Positions 1-13,311 of a stretch of DNA of 64,000 bases are shown in pieces. Source of the stretch: Octopus sinensis (lineage: Eukaryota); NCBI RefSeq assembly GCF_006345805.1, contig NC_043004.1:20956001-21020000 (forward strand), read 5' to 3'. The number at the start of each line of letters is the position of its first letter. Within the stretch, counting starts at the first letter, position 1. Position numbers and translations under genes: made by a program. The notes beneath the pieces are model-generated. The model did not search any database. It was not told the DNA's origin and worked only from the letters and a program-made list of their open reading frames with translations.

Positions 1-280
1 ACCACACAGTTATTTCTTGTATTTCAGTTTTTTTTTTACATTGGTTCACTAAAAAAAAAAAATTATTGGCGAGAATTATCAAACTTTGACACTAACTACG
101 ACATCCAATTTCATTTTATCAGAAGATTAATTATACAATGCAGATGGTGTCTGCAATATACTTAGTCTTACAACGAATATGTTTTTCTATTTTCTTTTTC
201 ATTATTGCTATTATTTTTGGTGTTAAAATCATATCTAGTCAAAATCACAGGATCAGGAAGTGGGTTGTTATAATTTCTGA

Positions 281-365
281 TCTCTTTCATATCTCCAAGT
301 TCCAGGATAGCAAAACATGTTCTCTTTCATATCTCCAAGTTCTAGGATAGCAAAACATGTTCTCT
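281..365. repeat. 40-bp direct tandem duplication (about 2.1 copies)
   Basis: tctctttcatatctccaagttccaggatagcaaaacatgt at 281-320 repeats at 321-360 with 1 mismatch. Confidence 0.95.
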
Positions 366-717
366 CTTCTTCAGATATAAATACTTTGTATATATTTCTT
401 TACAAAAATGTGCTAATATTTATAATAATTCTAATAAAATGTACTATAAATCTTCATTTCACTCTGTAGGTCAGAGTAACATAACATATTATACATAACA
501 GACTGTTTATAATATGAGATCACAGATAACAGCTCCTCTGACCCTGAGGGGGTTCTAAGATAACTAAATTTATGATAGTCAGATTATTGAACACATTAAC
601 TTTGGTGTTTAACCAAAAGCAGACAAACTAGTTGAACTAATATATTTACATTAACAAAATGGAATGCATCAGAAGTTTGCCTATGAACAGTAAGTTTTGG
701 AACAGGCAGACTTACAT

Positions 718-723
718 TTATAC

Positions 724-800
<77 letters not shown>

Positions 801-1035
801 ATATGTATATGTGTATATGTATATATGTATATGTATATGTGTATATGTATATATGTATATATGTATATGTATATATGTATATATGTATATGTATATATGT
901 ATATAAGTATATGTATATATGTATATATATATGTGTGTATATATATATATATATACACACACATTTATATATATATAAATACATTATATATGTGTACATA
1001 CACACACACATATATATGAATATACATTTATATAT

Positions 1036-1082
<47 letters not shown>

Positions 1083-1083
1083 G

Positions 1084-1137
<54 letters not shown>

Positions 1138-1225
1138 CATCATTTATCTATCTATCTATCTCTTCACCTCACTCTCACTGTATATATCTATATCTATATA
1201 TATGTGTGTGTGTGTGTGTGTGCGT
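718..1225. repeat. Compound (TA)n/(TATG)n/(TG)n microsatellite
   Basis: Directly visible; source of the YI/IY-repeat ORFs. Confidence 0.95.
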
Positions 1226-1559
1226 GTTAGGACAGTATTTGATTGATGTAAGGGAAAACCAAGATAGCTTAAACATAGAACTATTTATGTAATGTTTTAT
1301 GTCTACATACATTTAGTCTGTTTTACAGTTGATGTGTGATGTTGCTGCCAATTTTTCCATTTTTCCAAAAATGTATAGCTCTTACATGCATGTACATAAC
1401 GCACACACATACATACATACATACATACATACATACAGAAATATACGTACATATATACTACATCTATGGACAACTGCTTCGAAACCTCCAGCTACTATAT
1501 CTAGACTATGAATTCATATTCATACCAATAATATGAGAAGCATTAGGTTTTGTTAGTAA

Positions 1560-1920
1560 ATGCTTCAAGGAAAATTTGGATAAACTGGGATTTTCAGAAA
1601 GAGAAACTGTCTGGTTACGAAGACTATACTAAAAAGGAGGGGTTAAAACCAAACCCTGGTGAACACCTATTTGTATTCCAAATTCCTTACTGAAATCATT
1701 ATCAATCCTTACTTTACTGAATATGGTGTGCTCTCACCTGCCAGTTTTCAACTCCTAATTTTCTTAGTGACTACCAGACTATAGATCATGGTAACAAAGA
1801 CGTTCACTAAATCAAAATTGCCTAATATAGAGGCTTATACTTGGCTCGACTCCTCTCTTGCATTTGTCTGTCTATGAAGAAAGCATCAGTGGTACTCTGA
1901 CCAGGAAAAAACTTCAGCAG
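1560..1920 (-). mobile_element. Degenerate RTE-type LINE reverse transcriptase fragment
   Basis: Minus strand reads VRIDNDFSKEFGIQIGVHQGLVLTP, matching the GVHQGSVLSP motif; has stops. Confidence 0.6.
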
Positions 1921-2281
1921 TGTCTCATCTAAGTGTATTCTCTTCCTCATCAATTGTAGTAACCTTCTTTCAGCTACTTTCATTAGTTGTTCATCATACT
2001 TCCAAAGTTACTTCTTACAGGAGCAAGTACTTTATCTTGCCAGTAGTTATTGATTACATTGCTATGCCATTTATGAGATATGACACAGTAAAACTTGCTT
2101 AACTATGATTAGATGTGGTAGAGTAGGAAAGTTTTATGGTGGACAGGTCAAATATAGAGGGATATTTATTTTGAGGTTGAAATTTAGACTTTAAATATTC
2201 AAGAGTTTCAGTAGCGATTTAATACATATGTATACATATGCTTATATAAATATGTATGCATATATAAATATTTATGCGAAT

Positions 2282-2415
2282 AAAAAGAAAAGGAAAACAT
2301 AGAAAGCTTCCAACAATGCAGAAATTTTTATATTTCAGGTGCAAAGGCCCATCCTCAGGCATGTGAAATATAAAACTTTCTGCATTGTTGAAGGTTTTAT
2401 ATATTTTCCTTTTCT
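2282..2415. repeat. Inverted repeat (about 55-bp arms) around a partial hammerhead-like core
   Basis: Arms 2282-2337 and 2364-2415 are reverse complements; minus-strand spacer reads atgc-CTGAGGA-tgggcctttgcacct-GAAA. Confidence 0.75.
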
Positions 2416-2989
2416 ACTTTTGTACTAAAATGCTTCAAGCAAACTACAATGCTCTTATTTTTATGTATATATAACTATACATGTATATATAAATATGTGT
2501 GTGTGTGGCTATGTAGTTGTATGTCTGGAGGTTACTGGGCTAAGCAAGAAAGAAATGCTGCTAATATCTTACCTAGTTTTGTCTGAATAACTATGACGCT
2601 ATTTATTTACTGCATGTTGTTTATTCATTATAGTAAACAACAGTGAAATCTTGTTTCAAATAATCCATTGAAATATTAAGGCAATATATGAAAAAATTTG
2701 GATATTATTTTTAATTACATTGTAATGGCTATAGCTAGTTAAATCACCAGAGTGCCAGAACCTGCCTTAAAACCACCACACATGTGCGAAAATCAATTCC
2801 GGTACTTCACTGGCATTATTTTATTCACCTAAAATGATAACGGAGTGAAGCTGAAGCCAGTGAAAATTCAATTCAGTCTGTAAAGGGCTGCTACTACAGT
2901 ACATTTTTTTTTAGTTATGAGGCAAGGCTGTGCCCATAAATCCATTACAGGGCCATCTAAATTAGTGAAAGGAAGAAAGACATCCTCAA

Positions 2990-3390
2990 ACCAGAAACCT
3001 AATTTTAATGTTTGCAACTGAGGGAATCCAAGATGCCAGGTTGTAGTTTTAAACCAGGCCCCGAAATGTTTGGTAAAACATTTATTTCTGTTTTGATTTC
3101 TACTGATCTTAAATCTCTAATATTATTGGCCTCTCCTCTTTCAATTACATTCTTTATGATAGCAGATAATGCCTTCAAATCAAAATGTCTTTTAGTTTGT
3201 TTAGTGTTTTCTTTTGGATGTTTTAAAATTTAATACACTAGTGCATATTCTTTCTGCTAGATGGTATGGGTTATTGAGTTTCATATGGTTTTGGGTGATG
3301 TGAAGTAAAAGTAAATATTGTCTTGAATTGTATGGCTTATAATATACATCTATTTCAATCTGTAGATGGAAATTGTAAAAGTTCATTATA
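2990..3390 (-). mobile_element. Degenerate Penelope-like element fragment (RT thumb region)
   Basis: ORF 3201-3386 IEIDVYYKPYNSRQYL...NPYHLAERICT resembles the PLE motif TDxYxKPTxxxQYL...IPYxLAxRIxxI. Confidence 0.65.
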
Positions 3391-3616
3391 TATGTGTGTT
3401 GCCTCTTTGTCTATGTTTGTCCCCCAACCATTTGACAACCAGTGTTGGTTTGTTTTCATCCCTGTAAATTATCAGTTCAGCTGAGGAAACTGATAGAATA
3501 AGTACCAGACATAAAAATGAGAATTGGGGCTGATTTGTTCAACTAAAACCTTCCAAGGTGGTAATGCTCCAGCATGGGCAAAAATCCAATGACAAAAAGA
3601 GTACTCATGTATACAA

Positions 3617-3960
3617 GTGTGGCTGTGTGGTAAGAAGCTTGCTTTCCAACTATATGGTTCAAGTTCAGTCCCATTGTATAGCACCTTGAGCAAGGGTCTT
3701 CTATTCTAGCCTCGGGCCAACCACTTGTGAGTGGATTTGGTAGACGGAAACTGAAAGAAGCCCGTTGTGTGTGTGTGTGTGGTGTGTGTGTGTGTTTCTC
3801 TGCCTCCATCACTCAACAGCTGGTACTGGTGTGCTTATGTCTGCACAACGTATCAAGCTTAAAAGAAGTAAGCACAAGGGTTGGTTTGTTTGATTAAAAA
3901 ATTCTCCGAAGTGGTGCTCAAGTATGGCCATAGTTTAATGACTGAAACAAGTAAAAGATA
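3617..3960 (+). mobile_element. tRNA-derived SINE, family B (an extra tail copy lies at about 3395-3600)
   Basis: Head gtggctgtgtggtaagaagcttgc...gttcagtccc, core accttgagcaag, tail gactgaaacaagtaaaaga; many copies in the window. Confidence 0.8.
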
Positions 3961-4694
3961 ATATGTGTGTGTGTATGTATTATGTATGTATGTGTTTGTA
4001 TATATATACGAGCAAACACATTCACAAGTACATACATTACTGACAAGTTTATACAGCTAATCCTGTTTTTATCCTTGGCACAACTCATGATTCTATTCAG
4101 TTTAAATGCTAAATATACATCCATTTCCAAGAGGGAGGAATTAAGGGTTAACACGAGTGAAAAGAGTGTTTTAAACTTAGGTGAATGTATGTTTGTTGTT
4201 CCCAAACAAACCCATTAGTATTTAAATAAACTGATCTTTGCTAAGCTAAGCTTAATGCTTGACTGCCAAATAATGTGAAATCTGAAGAATAAAATCTCAA
4301 ATAGAGCAAGGTTCATGGTAAACTATTTAAGTTCAGACTGAAATTATAAGGTATGAAATCGAATTAAAGAATATTGAAGATAGCCTGACCTCTAAGTTAA
4401 GAGGCTAAGATGCCAGCAACCAAAATAGTTGCATATACAATCTAGAAATAAGAGTGACAAATAATGATAACACACAGACACGCATGTGCACGTACACACA
4501 CATGTACATACATCCATTTTCATGCAAGCATATGTATATATCAGTGTGAGTGTCTGTGGATGTTATTCTGTATGTGAGAGCGAACATATACAGATATATT
4601 ATCATATACATACTAGATATTACTTTGAACTGGAAGAGACAGAATGTTTTGAAACAACACATGTATCAATTTCTGCTTCTGTATGTTCTACTAA

Positions 4695-5040
<346 letters not shown>

Positions 5041-5144
5041 TTCACATCAAGAATCTGGCAACACAAATAAACACACACACACATGCATGCATATGTGTAT
5101 GCATGTAAATATATGTTTATGTATTTGTTTTGTAAAATTCTGGA

Positions 5145-6560
5145 TGTGAAAATGTTTGTTGAAACAAGATATTGCTATACTCGGGTATGGCCATCTTTTG
5201 CCTATTTATTTATTTGATCTTCTATTTTTTTTATTTGATCTTCATTTTAGTTTTATTAATATCATTTCTCTTAGTTTACTTGTCTGTCAAAGTTCTGTCC
5301 TTACACATTCTGTGATCTCTTTAACAACTCTGTCCCATGTGTTTCCTCTTACCCTGCCAATTCCATTTTGTCTTTCTGTGGTGTGTATCTCTATCTGTGT
5401 ATGTGTTTATGCCTGTGACTATGTGCATGTGTGTGTGTGTCCATATGTTTATCATGCGTCTCCTGTGTTCATGTATATGGGTTTGTATATTGCACTGTTT
5501 TTTGTACTCATGTCTTTTACTTCTTTCTTTATTTATTTTCTCATTCTGTCTTTAATATGTGTATGTGTGCCTTGTGTGCATGTATAAAAGTTTGTATATT
5601 ATACTGTTAGTTCCTGTGTCATATATTTATTTTTCCTCATTCTTTCTTTAGTTGTCAGGTTTGTGTAGTGTGGTGGAGTGGGGGGAAGTGTTATTACTTT
5701 ATTCATGTTTACTGTTGCAATTTAGTCTATCTTCTGCTATGTGTATGGGCTCTATAATCTGTTTGAGTTCTGTGTCTGTTCTATGTGTTATTAAGTTCCT
5801 AACATCCGTATTATCAACTAAGCCTCCATGTTCTAATTTAGCATGTTTGTAGATCACTGACAAGATTTTCCCCACCTTGAGCTCAAGCCAATGTTCACTT
5901 ACCTGCTCACCTATGCTATGTATTGTCTCTCCAATATAGGCCATTGTTTTGTTTCTGCACTATCCCTAAGTACACCTTTTACTATAGACTGCGTTCCTAG
6001 TTTTACAATTTATCTGTGAGTTTATTCTACACACTATACAGTTCCTGTTCATACAGGGATTTCTTTCAAACAGGTATGTTCTGCAGACCAGGGATTTTAT
6101 GCAGTTCCCTGGACTTTCTACTACTGTAAGTCATAGATTCATCTCATCTAAGGTTTTCCTAAAAAGATATGCCAGCACCTCAAGGGGTAGCCACGACAAA
6201 CATGGCATTCTTGCATTTTTTGGCCTTACCTATCTTCTTCCTAGTTCTTTTATGGCATTCAAGAATTTACTCCTACATAGCAGGCAGGTCCCGTTAATGT
6301 CATTCTCTATGATGGTCTACTATTTTTCCCTGCCTCCTTTGTACACTCTGATCCTCTCCCTTTGGTTGTACCCAGCATGTGGTGGATGAAGTATTGTATG
6401 TGTTTCTCTGATTCCATTGGATTGCACATTCAGTACATGTTTCTCATCACTCTTATCAAGTCTGCTATTAAATTGAAATAACCAAATATGAAGTTCATTA
6501 TCTTGATAACCTTGATAAGGTTGTGCTTGGCAGAATTATAGTCATAAGCAGTATGGCTGC
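5145..6560 (-). mobile_element. Degenerate Penelope-like element 3' half (GIY-YIG endonuclease plus terminal repeat)
   Basis: ORF 5699-5944 AYIGET..IGEQVSEH...IYKH...H...KQIIE...NSKHE is a GIY-YIG C-terminus; 5145-5330 is a decayed copy of the HHR-bearing tail seen at 35470-35680 and 56750-57140. Confidence 0.65.
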
Positions 6561-7339
6561 TCTGCAAACGACCAAGCAGCATGGTTAGAGTGGACCAGAT
6601 AAAATATTCAGCAAACTATAAGAAAACTGGCTAAAAATTCAACTAAGAATGAGAACTACTGAAATAAAAATTTAACTCATAAAATGGAAATGGAAATGAA
6701 TCACACAAGCAAACAACTAGCAAAATAAGGTATCCATATTTAAGATAGTATGGAAGAAAGCCAATGCAGCACATTTTAATGGAAAGAATTAATTTAGATA
6801 AATAGCATTTAATGTTAACTTTAGTAGATCTATGCATGCAGTTGAAATGAAACAAGATAACACTATAATTAAGGCAAGGAAGAATGAAAATTTGGTTTAT
6901 CTGAATGTTTTTATACATCACTGATGGTTATATGGCTAGATAATACAACTGTGTGTATATGTATATATATGTATACATACAGACATTCATACATACACAC
7001 ATATGTGTGTGTTTGTAAAGGGTTAAATCAATATAGAAATCAAAATTAAGTGCATTATCAGCTCTAAAATTGTGTATGTACACTATTTGGGACAGCCTCT
7101 ATATATACATATACATATGTATTTATATAATAACATCTATAAGCCATACAAAATGAAAATGAAAATGCATTAAGCCAATAACAGATTGTTTTCCAGATAT
7201 TTGTACAAAGTGTCTTATTTAAGATTATAAATTTTGACATCAACTTTGTTCTGGCTGTGCAAGATAATGATATTGTTGTAATCTGTGTTTGAGGCTTGAC
7301 ATGTTCTTTCAATGATGAGTTGGGAGGGATGAGTGAGGA

Positions 7340-7594
7340 AATCCATCATCATCCCCAGTGTTGTTGTTGTTGATATCATCATCATCATCATCATCATTGT
7401 TGTTGTCGTCCTCGTCATTGTCATCATCAGCATCATTATTGTTTTCATCATTAACATTGTTGTCATCATCCTCAACAGCACTATCATCATTTTCATCCTT
7501 ATTTTTATCATCATAACCATCAGCATCATACATTTCATTGTCAGCACCATCATTGTCATCCTTATCATCATTGTCATTGTTGTCATCGTCGTCG

Positions 7595-7625
<31 letters not shown>

Positions 7626-7812
7626 CTTCATTTATCATCATTTATCATCATTATCATTATTATCATTGCAGAGTTGGGAGGAATGAGTGAGAGAAGTATT
7701 CAATATCAGCATCGTCATCATAATTGCTGTTATCCTCCTCCTCCTCATCATCATCATCATCATCATCACCACCACCACCACCATCATCATCATCACCACC
7801 ACCACCACCACC

Positions 7813-7846
<34 letters not shown>

Positions 7847-7958
7847 TCATCAATATCATCCTTGTCAGTGTCATCATTGCTATCCTCAATGTCATCATCA
7901 TTATCATCATTATCACCATCATCATCATCATCATCATCGTCATCATCATCATCATCAT
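7340..7958. repeat. Compound (CAT)n/(CAC)n/(TGT)n trinucleotide region
   Basis: Directly visible; explains the poly-H/M/D/I/S ORFs. Confidence 0.95.
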
Positions 7959-8676
7959 ATTAATGTCGGATACAGGCTGTTATAGCTCGAGTCATTCTGA
8001 TTTAATCTCAATCGACAATTTTAAATATGAGGCACGCCACTGATTGATCGATCGCTTGATCGATCGATTGATTGGGTACCTCACACCACCCTACCCTACT
8101 CTATATCCTCCTTCTTGACTGCTTTGTAAGAAAAGTCTATGAAAGTGCATGGAAGTGTAGGCAAGGAAGATAATCTGCATTGTAAATAGAAGAAAACATC
8201 TTCTTATCTCTGGAACTGGCAAGACAAACAAACAAAGAAAAGAAAGAGAGAATGAGGAAAGACAGAGGTGAAGAAGCAGAATCGATATAAACAACAATAA
8301 TAGCTATCAGTTCTATATTCACATCATATCATTCTATCAGTTACACAGAATGTTTCACTTACCATTTTCTGATATTTATCTTTATCATCATTTTTTTTAG
8401 TCAGTATTTATTTATTTTTTTATTTTTATTTCTATTTCATTTTATTTTACTGTTTTTGTTTTTTTTTTTTTAGAATTTTTATGAATTATTTTTTTTCTGC
8501 AATTTATTTCTTTTATTTTTGTATTTCTTGACATATGTTTTTAAAGTTTATGTGATGTTGATCATGACGTTGATAAGGGTCATGATAAAGATGAGGATAA
8601 TAAAGGTTGTGAGAATGATGATGAGAGCAGTGGTGATAATGACGATGACAATGATGATGGTGGTGGCAGTAGTGGA

Positions 8677-8710
<34 letters not shown>

Positions 8711-8754
8711 CCATCATCATTAATCAGACATTATCATTATCACTCATCATCAAT

Positions 8755-9095
8755 TGCAGTTGTTCTTGTTGTTGTCATTAAATCTTGTGATTGTCCCAAC
8801 AGAAGCTGTTTGTTGCTATTGTTGCTATTTTGTGATTGCCCCAAATAGAAGTTGTTGCTGTTGTTTTTGTAATTGCTCCAACAGTTGTTGCTATTTCAGT
8901 TGTTGTCATTGCTCCAACAAAAGTATTTGTTGTTATTGTTGCTGTTGTGATTGCTCCAACAGAACGTGTTGTGATTTACCCTGCAAATGTTGTTGTTGTT
9001 ATTGTTGTTGCGATTGGTCCAGGAGAACTTGTTGCTATTTCACTTGCTGCGGTTGTTCCAAGAGAAGCTGTTGATACTATTGTTGTTGTAGTTGC
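8755..9095. repeat. Degenerate minisatellite, unit about 33-40 bp (gtgattgctccaacagaagttgttgctatt...)
   Basis: The attgctccaacag-like anchor recurs about 8 times between TGT triplets. Confidence 0.8.
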
Positions 9096-9542
9096 TAAAC
9101 AAAATCCCTCAAATGACAAACTGTCTTAACCCAAGTTGTATTAAGATTTGTAAATTCTACAGGGAGCTTAGACGCGAGAACTTTGCCTTGAGCATGTTTT
9201 AGTCAAGCAATATTTTAAAACAGTCGTTTGAGATGGGATTTGGCTACTGTATCTGTTTATCTGTCTATTGCTCTGTATATCTACCAAAACAGCTATCCAG
9301 GAGAAGGTAGTGAGGTTATAGAGCCTTGCCTCGGTTGAGATTAAATAATATAAATTTTGTCCTAAAGAATTTTGTCCCATTTAGCCATCCATTTATCCAT
9401 CAGTTTGTCCATCCGTCTGTCCTTCTGTCCATCCGTCTGTCCTTCTGTCCATTCGTCCATCTGTTCATCTCTCCCTTCCTCCATCCCTCCTTCCATCCAA
9501 GTATCCATCTATCTCTTTCTCCATCTGTCTGTCCGTCTATGT

Positions 9543-9872
9543 GAAGGTGCATGGCTCAGTGGTTAGAGCATAGGGCTTAGAATCGTGAGGTTGTGAGCTT
9601 CAATTCCCAGACCGGGCTGCATGTGTTCTTGAGCAAGACACTTTATTTCACGTTACTCCAGTTAACTCAGCTGTAGAAATGAGTTGCGACATCACTGGTG
9701 CCAAGCTGTATTGGCCTTTGCCTTTCCTTTGGATAACATCATTGGCGTGAAGAGGGGAGGCTGGTATGCATAGGCGACTACTAGTCTTCTACAAACAAAC
9801 TTGCCAAGACTTGTGCCTCAGAGGGTAACTTTCTAGGTGCAGTCCCATGGTCATTCATGACCGAAGAGGGTC
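9543..9872 (+). mobile_element. tRNA-derived SINE, family C
   Basis: A box tggctcagtgg, B-box-like gagcttcaattccc, core cttgagcaagacacttt. Confidence 0.8.
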
Positions 9873-9897
9873 TCCTCCTCCTGTCTGTGTCTGCCAG

Positions 9898-10209
9898 TGA
9901 AGGTGCATGGCTTAGTGATTAGGGGTGTTTGGCTCATGAGTTTGATTCCCAGTGGCACTTTGTGTCTTTGAGCAGCACACTTTATTTCATGTTGTTCTAG
10001 TTCACTCATCTGACAAAAATGAGTTAGTTGTTCCTGAACTTCGAGGGCCAGCATTGTCACATTCTATATCATGCTGAATCTCAGAGAACTACATTAAGAA
10101 TACGTGTGTTTGTTGGGTACTCAATCACTTCCATATTGATTTCATAAGCAGGCTGTTCCATTGACTGGATCAATTGAAACACTTGTTGTCATAACCAATA
10201 GAGTGCCAG
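9898..10209 (+). mobile_element. tRNA-derived SINE, C-related (another copy at 50018-50338)
   Basis: Same head as the 9543 copy; body shared with 50018-50338. Confidence 0.75.
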
Positions 10210-10674
10210 TGTCTCGGCCTGTCTGTCAGTCTATTGCTTGATGCATCTGTCTGCTTATCTCTCTGTCTCTCACTAATTCTTAATAAATCAATCAGTCAAT
10301 TTACTTATCTACCTATCAATGTATCTATCTGTTTACTTACCTATATCTCTGTGTGACTGTCTATCTACCTAGCTATGTAGCTATCTACCTACCTCACCAA
10401 CATGTGTCTTGTTAACTTCATATTTTAAGTATATTAACTCTGACATGCCAATCAAACCACATTGATAATGTCCTTGAGATTTTCATGAGTAACAGAGAAT
10501 CATATGGATATGACTCTGAATTACTAACCACAATTATATATTCAACACCTCAGCCATAATTACAAACACTATTGTAAGGTAAATAGCTACTTGCATGAGT
10601 TTACATCGCTGACAAAATAGATTATTCACTTTCAGTTTTTCAGATTCATATTTTAGTGGTTAATATGACAGTGA

Positions 10675-11117
10675 AGGTGGCAAGATGGCAGAATCATTAG
10701 CATGCCAGGCAAAATGCTTAGCTTCATTTCATCTGTCTTTAGGTTCTGAGTTCAAATTTCACTGAAGGTGACTTTACCTTTCATCCTTTTGGGGTCGATA
10801 AAATAAGTACCAGTTGAGCACTAGGGTCGATGTAACTGACTTAGCCTCTCACCTTAAATTTCAGGCCTTGTGCTAAAATTTGAAACTAATATTAGAGAAA
10901 AGGAAGGTAGTAAACTTAGGGAATCATTAGTATGGCTGACAAAATGCTTAGCAGCATTTCGTCTGTCTTTATGTTCTGAGTTCAACTTCCATCAAGGTTG
11001 ACTTTACATTTCATCCTTTTGAGGTTAATAAGATAAGTACCAGTTGAACACTGGAGTTGATGTAATTGTCTTTCACCCTGCCCCAAATTCCTGGCCTTGT
11101 GCCAAAATTTGAAACAA
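10675..11117 (+). mobile_element. Two head-to-tail copies of SINE family A
   Basis: ggcagaatcattagc...ctgagttcaa...tttcatccttt...aagtaccagttga occurs at 10675-10890 and 10905-11117. Confidence 0.85.
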
Positions 11118-11289
11118 ATATTAGGGACAGTGGTGTAGCATAGCATGTATTGGGTGTGCAGACCGAACAAGGCACTCAACAGTCATCTGGCCAGAGGAAA
11201 GGGGCAACATGAAGGTATGTCATATTTATGGAAGTGGACAGCTATTTGGCAAGTATATAGGATGATTAAAATCGATGGTAAGCTCTTTT

Positions 11290-11815
11290 CCCATACATCA
11301 TGCTGGGACGTACAGGGACACATTATCAGTGACGTTTCCCAGGGTGGTTAGGTGTTGCTAGTCTTTCAACATCAGACAACCTCTTCCAGATGACCTATCC
11401 AGGGTTGATCAAGCCCCAGCCTGAGTTCAGTTAGCATTACACCTTAGTAACACTGCCCTTTCCAGGGCTTGCACTGCCTAATCCATAGTCACCTTGAAGC
11501 AGAGTCGCCTGCTTCTACAGTCAACCTGATTGCCTTCTGTCTTTGGTCCCTGTAATGCTAAGCATGCTTTAAACTCTGTAGAAGGTCAGGCCTACAAAAC
11601 CTCTGCATCCCACCTCGATGAGATCTTGGTAGCCATTGCTTTGACATATAACTTCAATTATCCAGCATATTTCTTTCTCTTGCTCTTGTTAGCTTCCTCA
11701 ATGAAGTCCTCTCAGGGAATTGAGAGCTCCAACAGAACCACCTGCTTGGACACTTCTGAAATCAGTAGAATATCAAGTTTTAGTGATTTTGGGAACTTCA
11801 GCTGCTTGCCCACAC
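11290..11815 (-). mobile_element. HERO-type (R2-group) non-LTR retrotransposon 3' end: restriction-like endonuclease plus 3' UTR, pseudogenised
   Basis: Minus strand GKQLKFP..LDILLISEVSKQVVLLELSIP*EDFIEEANKSKRKKY...IEVGCRGFVG...ASR*LWIR matches the RLE motifs PD..ELTVPWE..KxxKY..EVGCRGF..WLW; 3' UTR gatcaaccctgg...tgtctgatgttgaaagac...cactgataatgtgtcc. Confidence 0.8.
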
Positions 11816-12744
11816 TATGTTATTGATTATGGAAATCATTACTTAGGCAAGTAAAATATCTGCAATTCTATTTTTCAGTTTTCTGAAAGGTTAAAAAATT
11901 ATGTAAAACTACAAAAGCTTAAAAAATAAAATAGGGATAAAAGATAAAATACGTTTTCTGAAAGTTTAAATGTAAACTGAATGTAGATTAAGTCTACATC
12001 TTGGATTAGTAGAAATAAGTGAAAATACTTGATCACTGCTGGAATTTTTTAAGCATCTTTGTTGATTTAATCCCATCAAAATTATGGTAATCCATAAAGC
12101 ATAACCATAAAAAAAGACATTAGAACTTTCACACTTGTTGTTACGTGTCATCGCTGCCAAGATATTATGATAGAAAAAATTAAGAAAGAAGAAAGGAAGT
12201 GTTTAAAACAACACACACACATGCATACATATTGGCACATATACACACATGCATGCACAGACATACATTTACACTGAATACATTACATGCACACACGTAC
12301 ATGTGCAAGCATGTTCATACACATATATACATCAATGTACATTAATACATGTATATACCCACAGACTTACAAGCATATACTTTTACAAATATGCCTTCAG
12401 GTATGTTCACATGTGCACATATAACCATGTGCATTCATACAATATATTTGTATAGGCATAAACAACTTACATTTGTGAATATACGCATACATTTGCCTTT
12501 ACACACTTATATACATGCAGACACATATACACATGCATATATTCATACACAGACATTAAAAGGAAAAATTAGAGTGAAGATATTTTATGCAAATTATGAT
12601 AATATCCATTTTTTACAAATATATAAACTTCATAGATATATTTAATTAAATCACTCTTACAGCAAATAGCTGGTACTTTTTTTTCTTTTTGACTGACCTC
12701 AGGATGATGAAACTCAAAGCAGGATTTCAAATGGGATATATATA

Positions 12745-13311
12745 CATCTTCTTCTCCCCATCTGTCTTGATAGACAATGGGTCGCGCCAAGGGTGGGGCC
12801 TACTTTGATGATGAGCAGCGTCTGCTGTGACTGAACAGTCCAATTCTAGAGTGGCAGTCCCTGGTACAGTTGCTGCACGCGAACATCGATGGGTTCGTGT
12901 GGGGTGTTGCTGCAGTTGTCCTCCTCCTGTCCCGCCTGTCCGACCACAGCTGTGCTCTCCTTTCCTCAGCCATGGAAACGCCTTTCCTCACTGTCTGACG
13001 CCAGGCAGAGCGGTCAGCAGCTGTTACCTCCCACGTGTCCACACAGATGTTGGCAGTCCTCAGGTCGCGCTTGCACACATCCCTGTATCATAGCTGTGGA
13101 CGTCCCTTGGGTCGGGATCCCATGGTGAGTTCGCTGTACAGGATGTCTTTAGGCATGCGACCGTCCTGCATGCGGCAGATGTGTCCGAGCCAGCGCAGTC
13201 GTCTCCGCACGAGGAGGGCATGCATGCTTGGCATATTAGTCTGTTCTAAGATGACTCTGTTAGGTACTCGGTCCTTCCAGGAGATGCCAAGGATCCGTCG
13301 AAGACACCGCA
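12745..13311 (-). mobile_element. 5'-truncated RTE (BovB-like) LINE 3' end, relatively young
   Basis: RCLRRILGISWKDRVPN...LRWLGHICRM...PKDILYSEL...GRPQL*YRDVCKRDL...CSNC..CHSRIGLFSHSRRC; a single in-frame TGA; GC-rich relative to the flanks; flanked by short TA runs. Confidence 0.92.

Noticed and set aside
659-1292. Long YI/IY/CV-rich ORFs (also at 4.5-5.1, 32, 38, 43.3-43.7 and 48.6 kb)
   Set aside because: Translations of stop-free (TA)n/(TG)n/(TATG)n microsatellites
7215-8043. Poly-His/Asp/Met/Ser ORFs
   Set aside because: (CAT)n-type repeats are open in most frames; no unique coding content
8091-8216. Possible host exons after pyrimidine-rich AG (also near 15449, 29524 and 38500)
   Set aside because: Short frames without recognisable homology or a consistent exon chain; needs RNA-seq
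8754-9074. Metallothionein-like gene
   Set aside because: The Cys residues arise from TGT slippage repeats; no ATG start and no canonical metallothionein spacing
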